64,000 nucleotides of DNA from an uncultured Chloroflexia bacterium (lineage in GTDB: Bacteria > Chloroflexota > Anaerolineae > Aggregatilineales > Phototrophicaceae): assembly GCA_963848465.1 (NCBI GenBank), contig CAWKDY010000021.1, positions 4,055 through 68,054 of the forward strand, given 5' to 3'. The notes under the pieces were generated by a model, which was not told the origin of the DNA, searched no databases, and saw only the letters and a program-made list of their open reading frames with translations. Shown piece by piece: positions 11,377 to 21,188 of the stretch (the stretch's first letter is position 1; each line of letters starts with the position of its first letter). The position numbers and the translations under genes were made by a program.

Positions 11377-12706
11377 TCAATCGGCGGCGAGGGCTTTGGC
11401 TTGCGCTTCTGCGGCGATGGCTTCCGTCTGCATTTCCGCCGGTGCGTCGAGCGTTTCCAGTTTCCGAATCTGAGGGAAGAAGCGCGCCACCGACAGCACG
11501 ACGAGGATCGTGCCGATGCCGCCGATCACGACCGCCGGAACGGTCCCGAACAGCGAGGCCGTCACGCCGGACTCGAAGCCGCCGAGTTCGTTGGACGCGC
11601 CGATGAAGATGCTGTTGACGGCGGAGGTGCGCCCGCGCATCTCGTCCGGCGTCCACGTCAGGATCAGGGTGCTGCGGATCACGACGCTGATGTTGTCGAG
11701 CGCGCCGAGCGCGAACAGCATCGCCACCGAAAGCAGGAAGTCGGTCGAGACGCCGAAGACGATCGTCGCCAAACCGAAGCCCGCCACCGCCAGCAGCAGC
11801 GTCCGCCCGGCGTGCCGGAAGGGCGGCAGCCGCGTGATCACCAGCGCCATGATCAGCGCGCCGACTGACGGCGCAGCCCGCATGATGCCTAGCCCCTCCG
11901 CGCCCACCTTGAGGATGTCGGTCGCGTAGACCGGCAGCAGCGCGACCGCGCCGCCGAACAGCACCGCGAACATGTCGAGCGTGATCGCCGCCAAGATGAT
12001 TTTCGTGCCGCGAATGAAGCGGATGCCTTCTTTGAGCAATTCCACCGTTGCCGCTCTGCTGCGCGAAAGCGCCAGCGGTCGCCCTTTGATCCGCGTCACG
12101 AGGTAGACGAAGATCAAGCCGGCGACGGTGTCGATCAGGTAGAGCTCGGACGCACTGCCGAGCAGGGCGACCATCAGCCCGGCGAACGCCGGTCCGAGGA
12201 TCGAGGCAAGCTGCCAGCCGGTGCTGTTCCACGTCGCCGCGCTGGTGAAAACGTTCTGCGGGACGGTCGAGGGCAGCAGCGTCGAGGCTGCCGGGCTGTA
12301 GAAGGCGCGCGCTACGCCGATCCCGAACAGGCACAGGTAAATCAGGAACAGCGTCCCTTGTGTATAGCGAGAGCACTGCCAGCCCGAATGAACAGGATGC
12401 TAGCAAGACCTGCGAGATCATGACCAGCCGCTTGCGGTTGTAGTGATCGGCGACGTGCCCGCCGGGGAGCGACAGCAGGATCACCGGGATGACCTGCACC
12501 AGCCCGACCAGACCGAGCGCCAACTCGCTGCTGGTGCGCAGCCACAGTTCCCAGCCAATCGCAAACGAGATCATCTGCGAGCCGAACGCCGTAATCAACT
12601 GCCCGGTCAGGAGCAGGCGAAAATCAGGGTAGCGCAGCGCTAAATAGGGATCGTGGCGCGGTTCAGGCGCGCCCGGTTTGCGTTTGTCGTTCAAGCGTGA
12701 TCTCAA
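11377..12706 (-). CDS. MFS transporter (EntS/MFS_3-like; frameshift near 12340)
   Basis: GGHVADHYNRKRL loop motif, LDMFAVLFGGAVALLP, TPDEMRGR, GASNELGGFESG. Confidence 0.88.
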
Positions 12707-12747
12707 TACGACTTATTTCGAGGCATGTTGCTGCAATCATAGCAGAC

Positions 12748-12773
12748 GCCGCCCGCAATGGACATAGACCATC
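12748..12773 (+). repeat. 26-bp direct repeat, copy 1 (GCCGCCCGCAATGGACATAGACCATC)
   Basis: Exact match to 13885-13910; both copies are followed by N14-AGTCCGC. Confidence 0.9.
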
Positions 12774-12880
12774 TTCGCGGCGGGATGAGTCCGCTGTAGC
12801 CCTTCGTGTGGGCGTGTTGAGCACTTTGGCTTTAGAATGACTCTATGAACACGCGATTACAGCATTTGGGGGCAAAGGAA

Positions 12881-13811
12881 ATGAAACGCTTGCGCCTCGT
12901 ATTTTGTGCGGTTGCGATCAGCATCGTGCTGGCAGGGTGGAGTGTAAATGACGGTCTTGGCGTTTCAGAGGTGAACGGCACACCAACTCCTTTTCCTACC
13001 TTGTCGCCAGCGTACACACCCGCTTACTATCAAGCGAACGATGACCAGCTTGATACGTTTAACCAGCAGTTTGTTGATGCATTGAACTGTTCGCCTCCAT
13101 GTCTATGGGGTATGACTCCCGGCGTATCCCGCATCGAAGATGTCTATCACCTCTTTCAGACCGCTGGTTTCCTCAAGAACCTGGATGAAGATGGCATGTT
13201 CATGTTTGATCGTCATCCAGAAGGAGAACTGAATTCGGGAGGGATCGGCTTTAACTTTGCCAGCACACACGGGATACCCACTATAACAGCAGGAGTGACC
13301 TACATACTGAGAGATGATGTTTTGGTCTTCTCAACTTTGCGGGCGGAACTCCCTGCCCGCTGGCAGGACGTCGATACGTCCCCCCTGCGGCTCTCGGCAG
13401 TCCTTGCCCAACTGGAATCCGTTCCGGAAATTTACGTGGCAAGTATTCAATCCAATGTTCTCTGGACGAATTTTGTGGGTCTGGACTTTCTCTTCGAACA
13501 GGAAGGGGTTTTTCTCAGTTATGTATTTGATTTCTCGAACGAGTGGCAACAGCAACCTTCTGGGACCGATATCCCGCCATTATCCCGTACTTGCCCAACG
13601 ATAACGAATACACAACGGTTAGAGTGGTATTTCTGGGATGCAGCCAAGTACACCTATGAAGATATTGATACCAGCAGGAACTCATCCAAATCACGCTCCG
13701 GTCATTGACGACGTATTCGGGGTCAGCGCAGCGACGTTTGTGCAGTACTTCCGCGCGCATCCGGATGGCTGTCTCGAGTCGGCCGTGAGCGAAAGTTATT
13801 ATCGAAAGTAG
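12881..13811 (+). CDS. Hypothetical exported protein with CSPPCLWGMTPG motif; A/T-richer than flanks; frameshift near 13690
   Basis: Signal peptide MKRLRLVFCAVAISIVLAG after AAGGA RBS. The shifted frame ends VFGVSAATFVQYFRAHPDGCLESAVSESYYRK* at 13811. Confidence 0.7.
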
Positions 13812-13884
13812 CATCTAAAGGGAAGTAGCGGCTAATAGCCTATCCGATAACGGTCGAACTTCAGCTTAAATCTCGAAAGCGGAT

Positions 13885-13910
13885 GCCGCCCGCAATGGAC
13901 ATAGACCATC
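13885..13910 (+). repeat. 26-bp direct repeat, copy 2
   Basis: Exact match to 12748-12773. Confidence 0.9.
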
Positions 13911-14093
13911 CGTCCGCACCTATAAGTCCGCCTGAGAAACCGCTGTTTTTGCCCCCTCGTGTTAAAATCATTTTACCTTTGTGTCCTTAGTGACCTTTGT
14001 GGTTCATTTTTTGATTCCTAATGCCAGTTGGGCGCGGCGCGAATTTTGCAATAGAATTACGCCGGCAAAAGTGGGTTCAGGAGACAGGCAATC

Positions 14094-15422
14094 ATGCTCG
14101 ATATCGCGCAGAAGAATAAAGATTACACGCTCGTCAGTTGGGGCGCACAGGGTCCGTGGAAGCCGACCACCATTGTACGCGGCGAAGGCGTCTACATTTG
14201 GGACGTCGACGGCAACCGCTACCTCGATTGGGCGTCGCAGTTGGTCAACGTCAACATCGGTCACAGCCACCCGCACGTCGTCAAGGCGATTCAGGATCAG
14301 GCGGCGCAGTTGTGCTACGTCAATCCGTCGTTCGCCACCGAACCGCGCGGGCGCTTGGGCGAAATGCTGGCGGAAGTCGCTCCCGGCAAGCTGACCAAGA
14401 CCTTCTTCACCAACGGCGGCGCTGATGCCGTCGAGAACGCGATGAAGATCGCGCGGCTCTACACCGGGCGCGAGAAGATCCTGACCCGCTACAAATCGTA
14501 TCACGGCGGGACCTTCGCCTCGGCGACCGCTGGCGGCGATCCGCGCCGTTTGGGCAACGAACCCGGCGTCCCGTGGATCGTCCGGATGCCCGATCCGTAT
14601 GCCTACCGCAATCCGGCGTATCGCGGGCGCACGCAGGAAGAAGGCGACGCCATCCTCGCCGACATGATCGAGGACATGGTGCTGATGGAAGGTCCGCAGT
14701 ACTGCGCCGCCATCATGATCGAAGGCTACAGCGGGTCGAGCGGCATCATGCAGCCGTCGGCGAGCTTCTTCACCCGGCTGCGCGAAATCTGCGACAAGTA
14801 CGGCATGCTGCTGATCGTGGACGAAGTGATGAGCGGCTTCGGGCGCACCGGCGAGTGGTTCGGCATCGATCACTATCCCGACGCCGTGCCCGACATCATG
14901 GTGATCGCCAAGGGCGTGACCTGCGGTTACGTCCCGCTCGGCGGCGCGATGGTCACTGACGAGATCGCCGCCTACTTCGACGATCACGTCTTGCAGGCGG
15001 GCTTGACCTACAGCGCGCACACGCTGGCGGTCGCGGCGGGCGTCGCCACGCTGGAAGTCTACCATCAGGAAAACCTGATCGAGCGGTCGCGCGAGATGGG
15101 CAAGAAGCTGCGTCAGGGGTTGATGGACTTGGCGGAGCGTCACCCGGTCGTCGGCGACATTCGCGGCGCGGGGCTGCATCAGGTGATCGAGATCGTCAAG
15201 AACCGCGAAACCCGCGAGCCGATGAGCGAATTCAACAAGCCGTTCAGCGAGCCGATGGCGAAAGCGGCGAAGTCGCTCAAGGCGAGTGGCTTGAACGCTT
15301 TCGTGCGCTGGAACATGATCTTCAACACGCCGCCGCTGATCATCACCGACGAGCAGCTTCAGGAAGGGCTGAGTGCGGTCGATCAAGCGCTGGAATTGGT
15401 CGATCCGTATTACGAGGGTTAA
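14094..15422 (+). CDS. Class III PLP-dependent aminotransferase (taurine/omega-amino acid aminotransferase-like)
   Basis: GEGVYIWDVDGNRYLD, SYHGGT, LIVDEVMSGFGRTG, PDIMVIAKG; AGGAG RBS. Confidence 0.92.
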   Translation: MLDIAQKNKDYTLVSWGAQGPWKPTTIVRGEGVYIWDVDGNRYLDWASQLVNVNIGHSHPHVVKAIQDQAAQLCYVNPSFATEPRGRLGEMLAEVAPGKLTKTFFTNGGADAVENAMKIARLYTGREKILTRYKSYHGGTFASATAGGDPRRLGNEPGVPWIVRMPDPYAYRNPAYRGRTQEEGDAILADMIEDMVLMEGPQYCAAIMIEGYSGSSGIMQPSASFFTRLREICDKYGMLLIVDEVMSGFGRTGEWFGIDHYPDAVPDIMVIAKGVTCGYVPLGGAMVTDEIAAYFDDHVLQAGLTYSAHTLAVAAGVATLEVYHQENLIERSREMGKKLRQGLMDLAERHPVVGDIRGAGLHQVIEIVKNRETREPMSEFNKPFSEPMAKAAKSLKASGLNAFVRWNMIFNTPPLIITDEQLQEGLSAVDQALELVDPYYEG

Positions 15423-15473
15423 AGTCTGCCGATCCGATCTGGCGGTCGGTTCCGACAATCAATTCGATCACAT

Positions 15474-15502
15474 GTAGGGGCGACTTGCCAAGTCGCCCCT
15501 AC
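15474..15502. repeat. REP-like palindrome GTAGGGGCGACTTGCCAAGTCGCCCCTAC
   Basis: Perfect arms with GTAG/CTAC ends, between convergent genes. Confidence 0.8.
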
Positions 15503-15523
15503 AAAAACACTCGGTAATCCACT

Positions 15524-16079
15524 TTAAGCGGTGGGATTCAGAAAGTCCTCGATGGCGATGCGGGCGATGCGGTAGCTGTCGCCGATGCGCGCCGCGCCGA
15601 GCTTGCCCGCGTTGATCAGGTCGAGCACGTCGCTTTCGCTGACGCGCATGTAGCTGGCGGCTTCGGCGACCGTCATAATGTTGGGGACGGGTGCGGTTGG
15701 CTGCGGCTGTGGTTGCGCGCGGAACGGGTTGGCTGCCTTCGCCGCTGGTGGGGCGTCCGCCGCCTCGCCCTGTGGCGCGTTGAAGATGTTGAGCAGCGCC
15801 AAGCCAATCGCAATGAACACGGTGATCAGTTCGACGATGCTCAGTTGATCGGCGGTCGCGGCAAGGCGTTCACGTCCCAAGCGAGGGTGCCGTCAGCGTT
15901 GAGTTGGACGTAATTGGACATCAGCAGCGCGCTGGCGCAGAACTCGATCAACAGCGGTGCCATCAGGATCAAGCCCAATCGCCCGCGCCTGCTGACCGGG
16001 GAACGGTGCGTCCAAAGATGCGAAAACTGCCTTTGTACAGCACGAAAATGCCTAAAAAGAAAATGATGAAACTGATCAT
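15524..16079 (-). CDS. Membrane protein with C-terminal HTH_17 (excisionase-like) DNA-binding domain; frameshifted
   Basis: Hydrophobic N-terminal segments, then IMTVAEAASYMRVSESDVLDLINAGKLGAARIGDSYRI. Confidence 0.7.
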
Positions 16080-16149
16080 GCGCGTTCTCATAACCAACGA
16101 CGACCGAATTATACGGCGGTAATTTGCGGCTGACAACTCAGGAGTAGCG

Positions 16150-16972
16150 ATGACCTTAGTCACTCAAATCGAAACCATCCCGATCTTGCCCGGCAGCCTC
16201 GCGCTGTGGGGCTTGGGGCAGTCGGGCGTGATCATTAAGGGACCCGGCGCCGTGATCTACGTCGATCCGTACTTGAGCAACAGCGCCAGTTCGCCCCGCT
16301 CGTTCCCGCCGCCGATCCAGCCCGACGAAATCACCAACGCCGATTACATCCTCTGCACCCACGAGCACATCGACCATTTCGACCCGCAGACGCTCGTCCC
16401 GGCGCTGAAGGCGTCGCCGAATGCCAAGCTGGTGATCCCCGGCTGGTGCGTCGATCTGGCGCAGGCTGCCGGGATCGACCGCGACCGGCTGATCGTCGCC
16501 CGCGAGCCGCTGACGCTGCCGGGTACGTCGCTGCGGCTGACGCCGGTGCCGTCGGCGCACTCGAACGATTATCAGCACCGAATATGACCCGGAGAAGGGG
16601 CAGCGCTGGCTCGGCTACTTGATCGAGTGGAACGGCGTCACGCTCTACCACTCCGGCGATACCGTCATGTACGCGGGCTACGTCGAGACGCTGCGCGCGC
16701 TGCCCAAGCCCGACGTCGCGCTGCTGCCGATCAACGGGCGCGACTGGTTCCGCGAGCAGCAGCAGCTCGTCGGCAACTTCCACCCGGTCGAGGCGGTGCA
16801 GTTGACGGAGTTGATGGGCTGGGAATTGCTGATCCCGCTGCACAATGATCTGTTCGCCGGGAACAGCGTCTCGTGGACGCAGTTCGCCGCCGCCGTCGAG
16901 CGCTTCGCGCCGCGCCAGCGCTTCAAGCGGCTGCAACCGGGCGAACTGCTCTATTACGTCAAGACGACGTGA
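16150..16972 (+). CDS. MBL-fold metallo-hydrolase (UlaG-like; frameshift near 16580)
   Basis: WGLGQSG, YVDPYLS, THEHIDHFD, LYHSGDT, LLPING, IPLHND. Confidence 0.88.
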
Positions 16973-16989
16973 TACGACCGATAGATGTC

Positions 16990-17061
16990 GTAGCGGCAGG
17001 TTTCAAACCTGCCCCGACGTCGCGTGTCGTTGATCTTGTAGGGGCGAGGCACGCCTCGCCC
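16990..17061. repeat. Two adjacent REP-like palindromes
   Basis: GTAGCGGCAGGTTTCAAACCTGCCCCGAC and GTAGGGGCGAGGCACGCCTCGCCC. Confidence 0.7.
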
Positions 17062-17089
17062 GATTGTCCGATATGAGGAGGCAAGCGAG

Positions 17090-17554
17090 ATGGAACAGTT
17101 TTTCGCGGATTATCTAGAACGGCTGCAAACGTTGGACAAGGATTTCGTGGCGAGCTTCGACGGGCTGCCCGACGAAGCGCTCGACTGGATTCCCGGCGCG
17201 GAGATGAATTCGTTCGGCATTCTGGTCGTCCACGTGACGGCAGCGTCGCGCTACTGGATCGGCGACGTGGCGCTGGGCGATCCGTCGAATCGCCAGCGCA
17301 GCGAGGAATTCAAGGCGCAGGGGTTGAGCAGCGGCGAACTCAAGGCGCGGTTTGAAACGCTCGAAGCTTACGCGAGCGGGTCGCTCGAACAATTGAGTGT
17401 GGCGGACTTGGGACGGGTGCTGACCTATCCGCACCCGATGGGCGGCGTGCGGGAGACGACGGTCGGCTGGGCGCTGCTGCACGCGCTGGAACACACCGGC
17501 TTGCACCTCGGTCACGCCCAGATCACGCGGCAGTTGTGGGATCAGCGTCACTAG
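17090..17554 (+). CDS. DinB family protein
   Basis: LDWIP...NSFGILVVH and HALEHTGLHLGH motifs; GAGGAGG RBS. Confidence 0.85.
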   Translation: MEQFFADYLERLQTLDKDFVASFDGLPDEALDWIPGAEMNSFGILVVHVTAASRYWIGDVALGDPSNRQRSEEFKAQGLSSGELKARFETLEAYASGSLEQLSVADLGRVLTYPHPMGGVRETTVGWALLHALEHTGLHLGHAQITRQLWDQRH

Positions 17555-17572
17555 AAAAATCACGACAAAAAA

Positions 17573-17596
17573 GGGCACAGCACGCTGTGCCCCTAC
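17573..17596. repeat. REP-like palindrome GGGCACAGCACGCTGTGCCCCTAC (possible terminator)
   Basis: Hairpin with CTAC end, preceded by an A tract. Confidence 0.7.
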
Positions 17597-17620
17597 AAAT
17601 TGCCTTATTTCAAGGAACAA

Positions 17621-18360
17621 TTAATCGACGAAGCGATACTTGATCAGCGTCCACATGGCGATCGGGCCATCCGTCCAACTGATCTTCTTGCCTTCGGTCC
17701 ATTCGCGCCCGTTGTAGGAGATCGGCACTTCGTAGATGCGAATCCCCTGCTTGAGCACCTTCGCCGTGAACTCCGGCTCGAAGTCGAAGCCGTGCGCGCG
17801 AATCTTCATGATCGTGGACGACCTCGGCGCGAAAGACTTTGTAGCAGGTTTCCATGTCGCTGAGGATGGCGTTGTAGAGGATGTTGGTCGTCAGCGTCAG
17901 GATTTTGTTGGCGACCATGTTCCAGAAGTTCATCGCTTTGCGCGGACCGCCGAGGAAGCGCGACCCGTAAACCACCTGCGCGATCCCTTCTTCCAGCGGC
18001 TTGAGCAGCGATGGGGTATTCGCGCGGGTCGTATTCGAGGTCGGCATCCTGAATCAGGAAAACGTCGCCCGAAGCGTGCTTGAAGCCGGTCACGAGCGCC
18101 GCGCCCTTGCCCTGATTATGCTCGTGGTAGATGATGCGGACGTTCGGGCGCGCCTGCGCTTCGATCTCGCGCAGCAGGTCGCGCGTGCCATCGGTCGAGC
18201 CATCGTCTACGATTACGATTTCTTGGGCAAGCCCGACTTCTTCGACCCGGTTCAGCACCGGCTCGATAGTCGTCACTTCGTTATAACAGGGAATGATGAC
18301 GCTGAGCGTCAGCCGCCGCTGCTCGCCCGCATAGACGGACGTCTTCTTCGCAGTCTGCAT
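17621..18360 (-). CDS. Glycosyltransferase family 2 (DPM1-like; frameshifted)
   Basis: [54 protein letters not shown]. Confidence 0.9.
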
Positions 18361-18459
18361 GGTTTTACCTTCACCACCCGCTGGCGGTATCGCTCCGGTC
18401 TCCAAAGATTGTGTCGATTATAGCATAGCTGATTCCGGTGAACAGCAAGAGACTCCCGC

Positions 18460-18986
18460 CTAGCCGCCGACCACCGAGCCGGGAGTTGGGCGCAGCGGCG
18501 TCGGCTCGTCGGCGGAGGGGTCGGCGGTCGGCGGCGCGGCGGTGGGCGGCGGCGCTTCGGTCACGAATCCGGCGGGCGGGCGGGTTGGCATCAAGCGGGG
18601 CGTGGGGATGAAGACCGGGTTCGGGTTGATCGGTCGGCGTTGGTTGGGTCAGCGGCACGCCGAAGGGCTGCCCCAAGCGGGCGCGCTCGTCGAGTCAGTT
18701 GCTTGGTGTCGTCGAACAGATCGTTGACGACCGGGTCAAAATAAGCGTCCGGGTTGATCTGCGCCAGTTCGACGCCGAACTGCGCCGCCGTGTCGCGCCG
18801 CGCGATCAGCGTGACGGCGACGGTGTGCTCGTGCGGGATCAGCAGGACGAAGTTGAAATCGCTGACAATCGTCGGGCGATAGCGATCCCAGTAGACGCGG
18901 GCGGCGTCGAACAGCCACTCCGCGCCGAGGTTGGGCGAAATCAGCAGAAAGTGAAAATCCGGGTACTGATCGGGTTTTGCCTGCAC
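18460..18986 (-). CDS. Hypothetical protein with Pro/Thr-rich C-terminus (frameshifted)
   Basis: ORF 18591-18986 continued by a PT-rich frame; GAAAGGAAG RBS. Confidence 0.55.
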
Positions 18987-19188
18987 AAGCGCTTCCTTTC
19001 ACTCGCCGCCCATTATACGCATAAAGCTACCGCTGCTTTATGCGCAATCGTCGCCAATTGACGCAGACATGCCGGAAAGCCTCGCCTTCGTAGACGCTTG
19101 TCACCTTCTGAACCGTCTATATCCACTTCTCGCCCGCAATTTGTTACACTTACTCCGTTTTTGATCTTTACGTTTAGGGAGCTTCACC

Positions 19189-19966
19189 ATGCCAGATTTT
19201 CCGGTCGCACTCTTGATCCTCGGCATTGCAGCGGGCGTTCTGTCTGGCATGTTCGGCATCGGCGGCGGCGTCGTGATCGTCCCGGTGTTGGTGGCGCTGT
19301 TCGGCTTTCGAACTGCGCCCTGCGATCGCTACTTCGCTCGGCGCGCTGATGATGCCGGTCGCCATCCTCGCCGTGATCACCTACTATCGCGCCGGACTGC
19401 TCAACGTCAAGACGTCGGCGCTGGTCGCCACCGGGCTGATCATCGGCGGCGTCGTTCGGCGCGCAGCTTCAGGACGCGATCAGCCTCGGCGGTCTGAAAA
19501 CGCTCTACGGCGCGTTTCTGCTTTATGCGGCGTGGCGCTTCATCGAGCCGCGCAAGTGGCTCAAGATCGCGCCGCCAGTCGGTCGATTCAAGACCCGGTC
19601 ACCGATGCGTCATGGTATCTGCTGCTGGCGGTTGGCTTGGGCGCGGGCGTCGTCTCGGCGTTGTTCGGCGTCGGCGGCGGCATCGTGATCGTCCCGGCGC
19701 TGGTCGGGCTGCTGCACTTCGACCAGAAGATCGCGGTTGGCACGTCGTTAGGCGCGCTGCTGCCGCCGACGACCATCGGCGCGGTGCTCAACGATTACAG
19801 TCAAGGTATCCTCAACGTCGGCGCGGCGGCGTTGGTCGCTGGCGGGCTGCTGTTCGGCGCGTTGGTCGGCGCGCGGATCGCCATCGGGCTGCCCTCGGCG
19901 ACGGTCAAGCGCTTGTATGGCATTTTCCTGTTATTCGTGGGGCTGCGCTTTTTGCTAGGGCTTTAA
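19189..19966 (+). CDS. Sulfite exporter TauE/SafE family protein (frameshifted)
   Basis: Two GxxAGxxSGxFG(I/V)GGG repeats, AVGTSL, hydrophobic helices. Confidence 0.88.
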
Positions 19967-20065
19967 GGAGTTACCGGGGCGTGCTCACCAGTGACCCGGA
20001 ACAAGTCGCATGTTTTGAAGTAGCGCTCAATCAGGTATTGAACGGACAGGCGGTGTAGGTAAAGC

Positions 20066-20989
20066 ATGATCAGACGATTTCTGCTTTACCTTTCGGCGGC
20101 GGCGTGGGCGCGAGGAATCGTCACCCAGATGGGGCTGGCGCGGCGGGCTGCCCGCCGCTTCATCGCGGGCGAGACACTGGACGAAGCCGCCGCCGTGACG
20201 CGCGCTCTCAACGATCAGGGCTTGCTGGTCACGCTCGACTACTTGGGCGAAAGCGTCGCCAGCGCCGCCGATACCGCGGCGGTCGTCGCCGCTTACCGCC
20301 AACTGCTGGCGCGGATCGCGCAAGATGGGCTGCGCGCGAGCGTCTCGCTCAAGCTGACCCACCTCGGCTTGGACATCGACGAGGCGCTGTGTCTGGACAA
20401 CCTGCGCGCGATCCTCGGCGACGCGCAGGCGCTCGGCATCCCCGTGACGATCGACATGGAGAGCAGCGCCTACGTCGACACGACGCTGCGGATTTTCCGG
20501 AGCGCTGCGTGATGCCGGTTTCGACGACCTCGGCACGGTGATTCAAGCCTACCTTTATCGCTCGGAAGCGGACATGCAGGCGCTTGCCGCCGAGGGCGCG
20601 ACCGATCCGCTTGGTCAAAGGCGCTTACCTCGAACCGCCGGAGGTCGCCTTTCCCGCCAAAGCCGACGTGGACGCCAACTACGCGCACGTGATGCGCGCT
20701 TATCTCGACGCGCCGCCGCCCGCGCTGCTCCAGATCGCCACCCACGACGAAGAGCTGATCGCGACCGCCGAAGACGACGCTCAGCGAGCGCGCTCTGCCG
20801 CCGGATCGCTTCGAATTCCAGATGCTCTACGGCATCCGCTCGCAGCGGCAGACCGAACTCGCCGCCGCCGGGTATCAGGTGCGGATTTACGTCCCTTTCG
20901 GCGAGGCGTGGTATCCCTATTTCATGCGCCGGCTCGCCGAACGTCCGGCAAATGTGTGGTTCTTCGCCCGCAGCATCTTCCGGGCGTGA
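20066..20989 (+). CDS. Proline dehydrogenase (monofunctional; frameshifted)
   Basis: [59 protein letters not shown]. Confidence 0.9.
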
Positions 20990-21025
20990 GACGCTGGTTT
21001 GCTCAGCCTCAAGAGTCCGTTTTTG

Positions 21026-21067
21026 CCCCTCTCACCGCTGCGTGGGAGAGGGGTTGGGGTGAGGGGG
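21026..21067. repeat. Intergenic palindrome, family B
   Basis: CCCCTCTCACCGCTGCGTGGGAGAGGGGTTGGGGTGAGGGG. Confidence 0.7.
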
Positions 21068-21188
21068 AAAGCGTTGTAAGATTGACGCGGTTTGGGCGGG
21101 TATCGCCGCCTGAATCGTCTCGATTTGGCGTCAACCGTCCCGTTCGCAATCGAGTTTATCCGCACCCTGCACAGCAAGAGAGACAGAG

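Noticed and set aside
12748-13910. CRISPR array or integron attC interpretation of the 26-bp repeats
   Set aside because: There are only two copies, 1.1 kb apart, with no cas or intI gene and no RYYYAAC/GTTRRRY-bounded hairpin.
15524-15680. Prophage excisionase marking a mobile element
   Set aside because: The HTH is fused to membrane segments and is flanked by metabolic genes, with no integrase or phage genes.
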